Shown here piece by piece: positions 41,369 through 56,620 of a stretch of DNA of 64,000 nucleotides. The stretch spans positions 3,844,001 to 3,908,000 of the forward strand of contig OZ024752.1 in NCBI GenBank assembly GCA_964016885.1, given 5' to 3'. Every line of letters begins with the position of its first letter. The first letter of the stretch is position 1. The notes below the pieces were generated by a model, which was not told where the DNA came from, searched no databases, and saw only the letters and a list, made by a program, of their open reading frames with translations. The stretch is from Eledone cirrhosa. Taxonomy: Eukaryota. The translations under genes were made by a program, and so were the position numbers.

Positions 41369-41722
41369 ATATACGATATTAACAAATGGAAACTATATTT
41401 ATAAATCCATATCTATTTTATTATAGATATTTCAAGGATACCATGTTAAATTATGGTATGCTTTCATCAGACAAAATACAATATATACCAGTTTTATAAA
41501 TAAATATTGACATACCCTTTCAAAATGCGACCGTTACAGTTGGAAGGCGTCAAAGTAGCGGTCGCATTTTGAAATGGTATGTCAATATTTATTTATAAAA
41601 CTGGTATATATTGTATATTGTCTGATTAAAGCATACCATAATTTAACATGGTATCCTTGAAATATGTATAATAAAATAGATATGGTTTTATAAATATAGT
41701 TTCCATTTGTTAATATCGTATA
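41369..41722. mobile_element. Near-perfect palindromic element (arms about 165 bp) with hammerhead H2 in each arm
   Basis: Arms 41369-41533 and 41560-41722; HHR 41414-41478 (-) CTGATGA intact; 41614-41678 (+) CTGATTA. Confidence 0.9.
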
Positions 41723-43665
<1,943 letters not shown>

Positions 43666-43672
<7 letters not shown>

Positions 43673-44155
43673 TTGGTGCTCTGAAATAGCTATATATATA
43701 TATATGAATGTATACATAGTGTATTTTGCAATTCACTGTATGCTTAATTGAAAGCATTTCGGAGACATTATGCTATTGTTTTAGAGTAGTGACAGACTCA
43801 CTTACTTTAATTTTCAGTAAACAGGGGAGATAAACCTGACAGAGCCCTGTTTCGCATTTATTGATGCTTATCAAAGCCAACTACTCCTCCTGTTTGCTGA
43901 AATCATGGATGTTTGGTCCTTATAGAATTCTATTAAATAATCAGGAACTGGTTAAATAGAGCGTTTGCCGAAACACGGCCGTGTCAGCTTTATCTCCCCT
44001 GTTTGCTGAAATTTAAAGTAAGTGAGTCTGTCACTACTCTAAAACAATAGCATAAGGTCTTCGAAATGATTTTAATTAAGCGTACAGTGTATTGCAAAAT
44101 ACGCTATATATATACATTCATATATATATAGCTATTTCAGAGCACCAATTTTAAT
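43666..44155. mobile_element. Palindromic element (arms about 187 bp) with hammerhead relics, family H6
   Basis: Arms 43666-43854 and 43969-44155; minus ggct-TTGATAA-gcat caataa atgc-GAAA-cagggctctg-TC-agg (43835-43878); plus GAAA-cacggccgtg-TC-agc (43970-43988). Confidence 0.8.
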
Positions 44156-45127
44156 TTTCAATTTATGCTTGACCGGCGAAAGACGTAATTTTTACAGTTG
44201 GAATGCCTTTGACTATATTTTTCTCACCTGGGTTTAAGCAACAAAGTTACTAGTACGCATTCCATCCTACGAGTATACATGTAGGTGATATAACTATTTG
44301 TTAAAACTATAGCAACATCATTCAAATCTCACCTTACCGTCTTACCAAAGGTCATTCATTCATCTAGTAATGCAGACCGACCAAACTCTAAAAACCGAAA
44401 CGAGGAGTACCGTTAAATATAACGGGAAGAAATGTGGCAAAATAAAAGCTATACCCATTTTCACGAGGGAAGACATCTCTCACCCACCCAAAGTGGGTGG
44501 GAGATCTCCCCTTCGGACGGAGAGAGTTGACAGGTACATCATGTTTGGAACGAAATCAGGCTCAACCAGAGAAAAACAGGGTTTTGAAACAATAAAGGAT
44601 TTGACAATGCCAGAAAGAAACACAGTTATACGAAACATCCATGAGCTAAAATGTTTAAGAATAAATAATGATGTACGTATGGCACATTGAAGAGAATGAA
44701 GTTCTACTGACTTAAAACTGTTTAATTATCTCAGAAAATATATATTAAATTCCTGAAAACAAATACTATCACGTTATAAAGTACACAAACAAAATATCTA
44801 TATGACGTATGAGGATTTATTGTTTGCTTGACCTCAATTGATGATTCTTTTGACTTTTCACATTGTCTTTCAAATTTCAAGAAAAAAAGATAATGATTTA
44901 TTACACAAACCAAGAATAATACTTTAAATATATGTATTTATTTGTTTATATTTATACGTGAATATAAATATTCTTATGTTTGGAATAAACTCATGGAATT
45001 AATATTATATTTTCCTTTTTTCTGAATTTCTTTAATTAGTGAAATATAATAAGGGTAAATAAATCTTCACCTTCATTGTATGTATATGTGGGTGTGTGTA
45101 TGTGTGTGCATACGTATATATAGCATG

Positions 45128-45160
<33 letters not shown>

Positions 45161-45432
45161 GTATGTACGTATGTACGTATGTATTCCATATACATGTGTA
45201 TTGTACACATCCCTCTAAATCTCTCTATATATGTGTGTGTTTACACGCAAGTTTATGTGTGTGTGGTGTGTGTATTAGTTCAACCTATCTATTATGTTAA
45301 TAACAAACCGGAAAAATATTATATACAATGTATTTTATTTTATTTCTTTTGTCAGAAAATTGTGACCAAACTATAATGCGTAATAGCAAAGTTGGCAAGC
45401 TTTATAGATTTTTCAAATAAAAATATCGTTAT

Positions 45433-45487
45433 TTTCATCTGACGACACAAATTAAATAATTCTATTTTGAGAAACGTTAGCATGAAA
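45433..45487 (+). ncRNA. Isolated hammerhead relic lacking the U of the GUC cleavage triplet
   Basis: tttcat-CTGACGA-cacaaa...ttttga-GAAA-c gtta g-C-atgaaa; 6-bp stem I. Confidence 0.5.
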
Positions 45488-47271
45488 GGATTTTTTTTTC
45501 ATAATGAGAAACTGCTTACAAAAATTTCAAAATTCCATTATATAACTCTTTTCTAACATTGTATTTTGCCCCTGGGTATTCTATCGAAGTCTGTTTGCCT
45601 CAGTTTACTTGAATGTTAAGAGACTCAATTTCTACTTAATGTTTCAATGAATAGCAATAACTTTAAAAAAGAAAAACAGACATTTGCTTAATAAAAAATA
45701 TCTCTCGTTTGTTGTTAGAATGAAAAAAGAACAGCTTAGAAGAAAACAATAGAAAAGAAAGAATTGGGGAAACAAGTAAAATACAGTGTTAGCCTCATAA
45801 ATTTTTATGAGGGAATTCATTAGATTATATGTAGCTTTCTACAAATTCAGACAAAAGCGTGAAAACAAAATTATATTTCAAAAGTGGCGAATAATAATGG
45901 CAATCAAAATTGATTCTCTCCAAATTCCTTTCTGTTATAAAATAAATCTAGGTTTTATTATTTCTTGTATTTTATTATGTTCTTCAAATAAACTATAAAA
46001 CAATTTCCAGTTTAGTTAAAGGTGTCCTTCAACTAACATATGCACTTAATACATTGTTCATTCAATAACTGCTTTACTGAAGAATGTGCAAGTAGTACGA
46101 TGGTGAATGGTATTAATAAGGGCAGAGGGTTTGTTGCAATTTCAGAGTGAAATGGGTTGAATATGACCTTTTGAGTGTATAGCATCAGTTTACATGTGAT
46201 TAGAGAGAAAATGAACAAAGAAAGATTCAAGTTAAAGTAGTTTTGGGAGATGTTACTTAATATAAGGTCACTCTTTAACTATAAAACCTATGATAAACGT
46301 GCACGAGGCAATAGACTTGACAACGGAACGTGGCTAGGCAGAGCACCACACGACCAATCATTTGTTTGGCAGTGTTGTCGTTGTTATTCTTCTTCGTCTT
46401 CTATTACTAATACTACTACTACTACTACTACTAACTCTGAGAGCTATGGAGATGCACAGCTCATCCGAATTGAGTAAGTCAATGAGGATTACTTCATAGA
46501 AGTTAGGAATCATAGAATATAGGTCATGATATCAACAATGTTGGTATATAACAAAAGGAGAGCTGTGTGTCAATGTGGATCCCCTTCGACTCTCTAATGA
46601 ACTACAGGGCCACACCATACATACATTTGGACATATATGCTGTACATTTATGTAATTATATTCTAGTAAAAAATTGCTAAAAATAACAGCTGCGTACTGG
46701 GTGTCTTTGTACATTTAGAAGCGTGAAAATATTTTAGAAAATTGCTGCCATAAAATGCCGTGAGAACACGACGTAGGAAGGTACGCGTGTGTTTGTATGT
46801 ATGTAGATATGGGTTTCTGTTTGATTTTGTACCTGTTTTTTATGTCACATATCTCAGCAGTTGGACAAAAGAGATCGATACCATAAATACCAGGGTTGAT
46901 ACGATCAACTGGCTCTCTTTATGGCTGCTCCCAAATGAGTGAAACCATCAAAAGAAATAAAATAAAAAATATTTATAAATTACGTATAATTATACACATG
47001 TAAATATACGTTTGCAATGCCGTTTTAAAGATGTATTCCATGAAGTACATGCCTTCAAACAATAAACTCATCGAATTGTTGCCTACTGCAGTTTACATTA
47101 CTATTTTCGTAGACATATAAACTATAGGGATGCATAATATAATGATTTAATACAAAACGCCTTATACTTAAGATAGCGTGTTCACACAACTATGTATGCA
47201 TATATGGGAGGGGTTTTCGAGTGTGTGTGTATGTCCTTGTGTATGTATGTGTGTAAGTATATTCTAATTTG

Positions 47272-47405
47272 GAAGGTCGAATTGGCAGAATCAGATAGAA
47301 TGCTATGCATTATTCTTTCCGACTCTCTGAGTTCAAGTCCTATCGAGGTCAGCGTTGCCTTTCATCCTTTCAAGGTCAATAAAAAATGTACCAGTCCAAT
47401 ACTGT
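47272..47405 (+). mobile_element. Degenerate SINE family A
   Basis: ttggcagaatc, gagttcaagtcc, gcctttcatcctttcaaggtcaataaaa. Confidence 0.7.
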
Positions 47406-50132
47406 TGTCATTTCGATCCCTATATCTCTTTCTCACTTGTTTTATCTATCACTCTCTTTCCTTTTCTTGTGGAAATAGGCTGTATTCAGACATGAGGTGG
47501 GGAAGGGCCTCTGGAGACATGAAAGAAGCCCAAGAAACGCTGTCTGACAGACACTTCGGCGCCTCTATGACTGCACCAGCAATTATGGGCTTACATATTC
47601 TTCGATCATTATACTACAAACATTCTGAAGCATAGTTTTACCGATTATAATTGATCACATCGACTCCAGTACTTATTTCAGTTTGGCTCTATATGACAGT
47701 GATATATAAACTAACGAAGCAATAAGTAAACAATAAAATAAGATAACTCTCGGCATAAACTCATATCACTTTGGTAATTCTAGTCGCTTTCTGAATACCG
47801 GTTAAATGCAATTAGAATTACCTTTGCGAGCTTTCAATTTGTTGCAGGTCATACGTTATACAGACTTGTGTTTATATCGATAGGCTCCGTTGTCGTACAC
47901 TAGAGATAACAGCTACTGATTTGTGAAGAACACTCGATGAATTAAGGTAGACGAACACGTCACCAGGTACTTTCACCAGGCAACTTGATAATAGAAGAGA
48001 AAGGCTAAAAAGAGTAGCAAAAAAATGGATTTGTGTGATTCCCTCAACTGCGAAGGTCAGGTAAAGAATCAAATATGCTGCTGCCCATTAGACGCGTTCT
48101 AGCTTTGTGGTTGTCTTGAATGTACATATAAGGATCTACAAGACAACAGTCGTTCATCTACATGCACATAAAATACAGTGTAAGTTTATAAATTAACCAA
48201 ACAGTAAAGTAATACCCATGTGGAATCCTCCAAATGTCAGCTGCATATCGTAACAGCAAAACACCATCTCACCATTTTGTGCATTGTCAACTTTGGTAAA
48301 CATGTAAAACAAAATTACTGAAACACAGGATTTTGCTCTCTCAGGATGTTGCTCTCTCTCTCTCTCGCTCTCCAAGGTCAGCTGCATATCATGACACTAT
48401 CTCAAATATTAAAACACATGATTTGGGGAGAGGCTATGATGAATTAAACATCTGGGTTACTGAGGCCCACCATTTTGGAAACAGACTCCAATTTTAGACG
48501 GGCGGGGAGAATGAAATGCGTGGGAATACATAAGCCAATCTCCGGGAAAAAGATTGTTATGTAACCTTACTTTCCGACTCACAATTTATCGACAAGAATT
48601 AAAAATCCAGTGTTGTTAAGTTATAACTCGAAAACCTTCACGTTATAAGCAATAGGAATTACCTCATCAAAATGTCTATCATCAACAGTTATTTTATATA
48701 ATTTTATCATTTACTTGTTCATTCATTTCCTCATATAGCCATCTGTATTTATCTTGAAACTAATATGCCTCGGGGCATTCTCATGTTTATTTAGTAGTGT
48801 CTCAGCTTTCCAGGGAAATGGACCTAATACGTTCCCTCTTTTCTCTATCTCGACCACTCTCTCTTTTCACTATATCTCTCTCACTCTCGACTGCTGCCCT
48901 TTCTCTCTCTCTCTCTCTCTCTCTCAACTGCTTTCTCTCTCTCTCTATCTATCTCTCTCTCTATCTATCTCTGTCTCTCTCTCTCGTCAAGGTCTTTGAT
49001 TTTGAATTATTCATTCATACTGGCTCACATTTGCTGCCTTCTTTTCCTGCCATTATTATGTCCCCAAGAGATTGACATTCGGGAATTATTCGATCCCATA
49101 TAATTTCCTCAACATAATTCTAATAATAATGGAACAAAAGCAATAATGGAAGTTTGATGTTAAGGCATTCTGATTATCTCATTCAGGTTTCTATTCAAAT
49201 CCGATAAGGCAGTCCTTTACTTGATATCTGAAAACTGAAATAACTTTTGTTTTCATCTACCTGAAATATTTTACTCCGATCTCATCACACAATTTATCCA
49301 TTTTTGTTTTCCACGAGGATATTACATGACAAAGCCAGATTTCATGTGATGTCTTTTGATGGATTCAGAAGCCATTTCCGGATTCGTTTGCTTCTGTTTT
49401 GTACAATTAACTGACAGTATTCCCGGATCCAACAACATAGATATCTCTTTCTAAGTGAGCATTTACACTTACCTATCAAACGACATAGAAAAGTATAAGA
49501 TTACTTTAGGTAAGGTAATTTTGTATGTATAATTTTTATTTTTGCACCTAATACGCGCTGATTTTCTAGTGGGTGTTTATACCAGCTCTTTTCTGCTGGT
49601 ATAATATCAAGCTGGAATAAATTTCAGCTGTATGAAACACGAAACTATCGTGCAACACTGACATATTCTTTCGGGAATAGAGTTAGCTATTGCTATATCT
49701 ATATGTAATACTCATTCTCACGTCAGTCGACGTCACACACGTGTGCGTATATATAGGCAGAACTAGCTTACGCCCCCTTCACTGTCACGTGACACTGGAG
49801 GTTGAGTTTACTAGTGTAATGGCTAAATTACACCAGGGCAGTTGCAGCTGACTTGTTTCAGAGAGGCTAATTCCTCGCTGATGAAGCTGCTCTTAGCTAA
49901 TTGCGTAATGTCCATATGGACTGTCACCAGTGGATGGTGTATCAGAAACTTATACATTAGTCCGCGGCCAGAAAATCAAATTTTCTACCCACACAAAATC
50001 ATTTTCCTCACTATTGAACGTATTAATGTACACTGTTTTCCTTTGGTTGATATCCTAATGATACTGACTTAACTAAATCATTGAGTGGAACAACCTTCGA
50101 AGGTATATCGGTCCTATTCGATGGCTTCGTTT

Positions 50133-50196
<64 letters not shown>

Positions 50197-50211
50197 GTGT
50201 GTGTGTGTGTG

Positions 50212-50251
<40 letters not shown>

Positions 50252-51325
50252 TTTGTATATATTATTCCTTTCATGCATTGTTTTCTGCCATTAGACTGCC
50301 GACAGTACGTATCATAGTTTTATAGTTTAATCAAGCCCAATGCTTATATTATTCACGTCTGTTGTCGTTCAAGTGTTTATAATTTGCTACTACTTGAGTT
50401 TTTCGAAGATATGATAGTAACTCGTGTTATTTAGATATTAAGTTAGTAGATGTATTTGCAGCACTTAACTGTTCTATTAGTTTATATGATTATTATCTGA
50501 GGGACGATAAGAACATGATTGGCTCTGCTGTTGAATCAATTATTTTAAACTCATGTATTCCTTCTCTTTAGAGAAAAAAAGACAGTTGCATTTGTCTTAT
50601 GCTGATAAAATCCTCTTTAATGTTAAGGGCAATAAACATATTAGCTCTATCTCTAGAAATGAGCCTGCCTTTTATTTCTTCTATTTCGTCTGTATTTTCA
50701 TTTCGATGTCCTTTAGTAATTTGTTTTATTTTTTAAGCCTTTCATTTTTTTCTTGCGTTTCATTTTAGTTTTTATTTTTTCTATTCTAAATTGTCCTCAA
50801 CCTCCGGCTTTGTTTCTATTTCTACTTGCATTTCATTTTTTCGTTTTACAGCTCCTCATTTTTTTATATATAGGTCTACTTTATCAAGGCTGATGAGGGT
50901 TGACCAGTGACTAATCAAACAGTAATTCACTGTTTCGTTGTTGTTGTCTTTTGTTATATTTTTTTACATTAATTTAGGAGTTTTCTTTTTTACATCTTTT
51001 CGTAGTTGAAAAAAATATAATATGAGTAATAGAGCTGAATACACACCTATTTTACAAAATTACCTTGGAAAACTATTTACCATGAACATTATCATCATCC
51101 CCAACACAACTGCCAGTCATCATCATCACATCGACCACGATTATCATCACAAACCGCACTGTCATTATCTTCAACACAACCAACAGAATCATTGTTCACA
51201 TTAGGCTTATTGTCATCACATCCTAGACACCACCACCACCACCACCGCTATCATTTCCACAACTCTACACCTCTGCCACCAACATTATTAACCTCACCAC
51301 CATTTTATCTCTTTATTTTCATACT

Positions 51326-51357
<32 letters not shown>

Positions 51358-52043
51358 TATATACATACATATATATACACATATACATACACAAATACAC
51401 ACACAAACACACAAATATATATATATATATATATCATATAAATAGCCTGCTGCTATTACTCTACTACCAACACACAATTTTTGTTTGTATTATTTTATTG
51501 TATTATTGATTTATCTTTTATAACCGTCTCCACAGCTTACTGTTTTGTCCTCAAAACATTCTACCATTCAATAATATACATTTTTTACTATATATCATAT
51601 ATTACTTAAGTTTGGCTTGCTAGACAGAACTTGAACTCGCTCACCTTTATTCATTCTAGTATATCATAATTTCGCCAGTATTTTTAGTTCACTGCTTACA
51701 TAGTATAGAAAATGTATATATACATAGATATATATATAATGTGTGTGAGCGCGCATGGTGTATGTACGTACATAAATATAAATATATATATATGTGAGTG
51801 TGTGTGTGTTTGGGTTTAAATGTGTGTACGTGTTTTTGTGTGTATATGTGTACGTGTGTGTTTTTGTGTCTGTATGTCTTTTCGTGTTTATGTGTGTGTG
51901 TGTGTGTTTTCGTGTTTATATGTGTGTGTGTTTGTGTTATATGTGTGTACGTGTGTGTATGTTTGTGTTTATACGTGCGTGTGTATGTTTATGTATATAG
52001 ATATATATATCTGTTTATGTGTATTTTTATATGTATTTATGTA

Positions 52044-52103
<60 letters not shown>

Positions 52104-53601
52104 TGTATGTAATTGCGTGTATGTATATATGTACGTGCATATGCAAGTAAGTACATCCATATGTATGTATGAATGTATGTAAGTGTATATGCATGCCTGT
52201 ATGCATTTACGTATGTATCTATATGTCTATAGGTACATATGTATGCATAAATGTATGTATGCATCTATTAATATATGTATGCATGTATCTATGTACGTAT
52301 GTATCTATATATGTATATATATGTACGTATGTAGTCATATAAGCATCTACGTATGTATATTATTGCAGAGAGCACCTCTTTGAGCTGAAGCTAGTATGAC
52401 GACCCAGGAGGGCAGTATTCCATTCCTGCTATAGCCAAGCACCATTTTCACTCAGCCAATTATTTCGTTCCCTTTTTTATTATATGCTATTTTCTCCTTG
52501 CAGCTCACATTACACATCCTGTGCACCATGCAGCATGACATGCATGTTTTCATCTATATAATAAACGCAACAATAAAAAATAATAATAATAAAAATACTA
52601 ACAAAATAATAATAATAAAAATAATTACAGATAGATATCTTGTTAAATAAGTAGAAACAAAAGACACGAAGAGAAAATGCTAGAAAATGAAGCAAACGTC
52701 TTGGAGATTTCTTACGTAGATATTTTTGCACAGTAAAACCCGAAAACGTTCCATGTAAAACAAAAATAAAAGCCTTTACCATGACAGCAACAACCACCAC
52801 CACCTGACCATAAATGAAATAAAATAACTTCACTGTGAACCTGAAGCTCTCCCCCCCCCCCCCCCCCCGCTTAATTTGTTTATGTAAGTATGTATTATGC
52901 TGTTGTTGCTGTTCTTGTTGTAAGTGTACTTTGCCAGGAAAAGAAAAAAAATAAATGGAGAAAATTATTCTAAGTAGATAGATAAAAGAAAACTCCCTAT
53001 TAATTTTCGTTCCCTTTCCGTGTTTTGAACAAGGTTTTCGCTCTCTATTAATGTAATACGTTTAAAGCCCTCCTATGAGGTGTTTTTGTTCTATAGACTG
53101 CTTCAATTTTATCTATCTCCCTAGCTGTTTCTGTTTTTTTCTCTTTTACATTTTTAGTCTCTTCTTCGTCTAATATCATCTTATATCAAGAATGTGTATA
53201 ATATATTCTTTTCAAGCCACTGGCAATAATGTTACCAGATTGTGTGTATGTTTCTGTCAGTGAATAAGTATGGCAGGTAACATTTTATATATGCATATGC
53301 ATACGTCTATCTATTTCTTTGTATGTATGTATAAATGTATGCATGTATGTTTGTTTGTATGTTTATATATTTGTATGTCTATATGTTAGCAGTATGTATG
53401 CAAAGTAATTTAGTTGAAAATGCAGATAGAATGAAAATGAACCAATAAAATAGACGAATCGAAGCTCAACGCCAGTGTTATCCAATGGCTCAAATTCGAC
53501 TTCTCGGATCGCCTTCCTTTGTCTGACCAGACGGAAGGAGGAACAAATAAAACAAATATAGGAAGAGAAACTAGAGCTTGTTTATTGAACGATGGGTAAA
53601 C

Positions 53602-53657
<56 letters not shown>

Positions 53658-53665
<8 letters not shown>

Positions 53666-53687
53666 ATACTTTGGGAGGGTCATGTAC

Positions 53688-53692
<5 letters not shown>
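53658..53692 (-). mobile_element. Roughly 30-bp Penelope-like terminus stub inside (TA)n
   Basis: atattgttatactttgggagggtcatg is the reverse complement of 11857-11881 and 63894-63920; a similar stub is at 27628-27654. Confidence 0.6.
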
Positions 53693-53742
<50 letters not shown>

Positions 53743-53784
53743 ATACCATATCAGTATATAATCGTTTGCACCCAAGAATATTAT

Positions 53785-53990
53785 ATTGACAGTATCGGTC
53801 GAGCGTCGGACGCCATGCTTTGCAGCATAGAGTAAGGGTCCATTACGTTCTGACTTTAAATTCAACTGAGGTTAGCTTTGCCTTTTATCCTTACGGGGTC
53901 GATAAAATAAAGCACCAGTAATACACTGGGGTCGATTTAATCGATTTCCCCTTCCAATTGTTGGCCTTGTGCCTAAATCAGAAACCATTA
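53785..53990 (+). mobile_element. SINE family A
   Basis: Full motif set. Confidence 0.85.
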
Positions 53991-54637
53991 TTATTATACT
54001 AAAGGAATTTCACGGCAATAAGATTTTATTAAAACGGTTAATATGATGCCTTGTGTTGCCAGGTGACCTACTCGTCCTTTTTCATTAGTTAGGTGTTAGC
54101 ACTTTCCGAAGAATATGAGCAGTACCTGGAAATGGAGTTGAAGAATTTTAAAGTAGCTGCGAATTATTGATCCAAGTATTCCTATAAATATAGATATAAT
54201 ATGTGTTCTTTCTCTATATTCTACGTAATTCGAATTGCGATTCAGCATAATTTTCTTGCTTTTCAACTCACTTCAGTTTCATGTAGTTATCAACTGGACA
54301 TAATGCATCAATATCAGCATTTACTTGTTCATTTCTCAGCGACAAATCTGTCGGGCATTCGATGTGTGATTTCTCTGTCTCCTTATATGTATATATATCA
54401 GATCGAGCGTTACTGATAACATGTAGCCCCAAAGAACCTGTCACGTAGTCGGGCCATCGGTGACTAAACCGACAGACCCTATAAGCTCGCTTGGTGAGGG
54501 GGTTAATTTTTTGACACCCTGGGGCATAGAAAACAAGACCCGTCAAAGGAAGTCAGTAGAATCAACTTGTTTGATTTATTCGACTTGCGACTTCTCTTCA
54601 AATTGTTGTCATTGATATTTTCATAATGTCCTTAGGG

Positions 54638-54848
54638 CTGTGGATTGACAGTATCGATAGAATATCGGACAACATAACTTACTGCATTGAGTTACGGCCC
54701 TTTACATTCAGAGCTCAAATCCTGCCGAAGTTTGATATGCCTTTCATCCTTACGGGGCGATGATATCAAGTACCGGTAACATACATGAGTCGATTTAATC
54801 GACTTTTCTTAACCCAAAGATTGTTGACCTTGTGTCTAAATCAGAACA
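54638..54848 (+). mobile_element. SINE family A
   Basis: Full motif set, diverged. Confidence 0.8.
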
Positions 54849-55139
54849 TTTATTGTTGGCAGTATATGTAGGGCATCGGACAACATGCCTTGCTACATAT
54901 AGCTACCCCTTTTTTTCTAATTGCTATAAAAACCACCCCTCCATCTTAATGTTGCAATTTGTCTTGCTCGCGCGGCAAATAAAAGAAAATCATTATATTT
55001 GTTTGTGTACGTGGATCGGCAGTGCCGGTAGAATTTCGGTCAACATAACTTGCTGCACAGAGTATTGTTCCTTTACGTTCTGAGTTCAAATCCTGCCGAG
55101 GTTAGTTTTTCCTTTCATCTGCTTTCTCCATCTATTGTT

Positions 55140-55310
55140 CGTACGAACAGAAATGAGAATGGTCTGGTGGAAGAGTGAAGTACTGTTAAGAGAGAGGAAG
55201 ATGAACAATGAATTCCAGAGAATGATGAGAATACAGCCTGTGATGAATATGGAATGAGATGGTTGGGTCATGTGTTGAGGAAGGATGAAAGTGAATGGGC
55301 GATTGAAATA
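55140..55310 (+). mobile_element. RTE-clade LINE fragment
   Basis: RTEMRMVWWKSEVLLRERKMNNEF; then, frameshifted, MRWLGHVLRKDESEW. Confidence 0.65.
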
Positions 55311-55329
55311 GAGCCAGTCATGAATGTTA

Positions 55330-55726
55330 CTCAAGATAATAATTGGAACAAATAACGCACAAATCACTGATTACAATATCACAACAAATGATCTGACTGA
55401 TAAAATGACAAGTCAGTCAATCATATCGGTGGCCTCCCCACAGCCCCGGCGGACAGGATAGAGAAAACGTTTCCCCAGAGGACAGCAAGGCAGACGAGCT
55501 GGAAAAGCCATTCCAGTTCGCGGGCTCAGACCTGCGGCTAGCCAGCTCAGCACCTATGGTGGTGAGTAGGGAGGTAGCCCTAAGGACGAGGACACCAGAA
55601 GTCTCCACTGCCAAGGGTACAACCGTTAACCTGTCGGAGAGCGACCGGTATTTGGAGGGTTTGGCCTCCTCAGCTCGACGTGCAGCAGAACCTGGGTTAG
55701 TCGCAGACTTCACCAGGTTGCGGCTT
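55330..55726 (-). mobile_element. 3' end of a CRE-type (RLE-encoding) non-LTR retrotransposon
   Basis: PGSAARRAEEAKPSKYRSL..VVPLAVETSGV..LLTTIGAELA resembles the C-terminal restriction-like endonuclease region of CRE-clade elements; frameshifted. Confidence 0.75.
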
Positions 55727-55823
55727 AAAGTACCAGTCACGCACTAAGTTCGATTTAATCGACTTTCCCCTTCCATTCATAGTGTTGTCATTGTGTCAAA
55801 AATAGAAACAATTTTATTATTCA

Positions 55824-56434
55824 CTAGCAGCGGATACCGGCGTTGCACGGGATAAGATATTTTGGAACGCGGGCCGCGAACAGACCTGATCGTGGAAAAA
55901 ATGCATGCCTGGACAATATGTAAAGAAAATAACTCTGATGGCTGGATAATCTTTAAGATTTTCCTCGGTGAAGCAGGAAAAATGCAGGTTTTCACCTAAT
56001 GGGGATCAAGAAATTGAATTTTTTTTATGTGCATAATATGCCTTGAAATTTCGGAAAAATCGGCTAGACGTAACGCATCAAAAAAGCCCTGAAAAGCTGA
56101 AAAAATGAAGTTTTTCACCTAGACCATAAAACAGTTGGATTTTCTTTGCTCACGGTATGAAGAAGAGACTGACTAATACATAGTTACAATTTCAAGGAAA
56201 TTGGTCTGACGTAACGCCTCAAAATAACCCTAAAAAGCTGGAAAAACCCAGTCTTTCACCTAATGCGGGCCCTATAGGATCAAAAAGTTGAATTTTATAT
56301 GCATAACACTCCCTGAATCATAAGTAATACGCATGTAAAGTTTGGAAAAAGTCGGTTGGGTACTTCTCGAATTTTAGGGATTCAAACTCACAGCCCCACA
56401 CACAGACAGACATCCTCAGTTTTATATATATAGA
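55824..56434 (-). mobile_element. Non-autonomous Helitron
   Basis: Minus strand begins A|TCTATATATAT and ends cccgtgcaacgccgg (hairpin)...CTAG|T; internal direct repeats of about 120-140 bp. Confidence 0.8.
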
Positions 56435-56454
56435 TAATGTCCTCAGGGCCCTGA

Positions 56455-56620
56455 ACTATCATTATCGGTAGAACGTTGGACAACGTAACTTGCTGCATAC
56501 AGTTACGGAGAGTTCAAATCCCATCGAAGTTTGCTTTTGCCTTTCATCCTGTATAATATTGGAGTCGATTTAATTGACTTTCCCCTTCCCTTTGCTGGCC
56601 TTGTACCAAAGTAGAAGCAA
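56455..56620 (+). mobile_element. Degenerate SINE family A
   Basis: gagttcaaatccc, gcctttcatcct, ggccttgtaccaaagtagaag. Confidence 0.7.

Noticed and set aside
47840-48066. Possible host exon (ttgcag...ag|gtaaag)
   Set aside because: No convincing open frame or homology, and splice-like motifs are common by chance.
49878-49910. CTGATGA motif
   Set aside because: No downstream GAAA/TH or stem I.
50886-50938. CTGATGAGGG followed by an acag..ctgt hairpin
   Set aside because: The GAAA box is on the opposite strand and cannot form a core; at most a scrambled relic.
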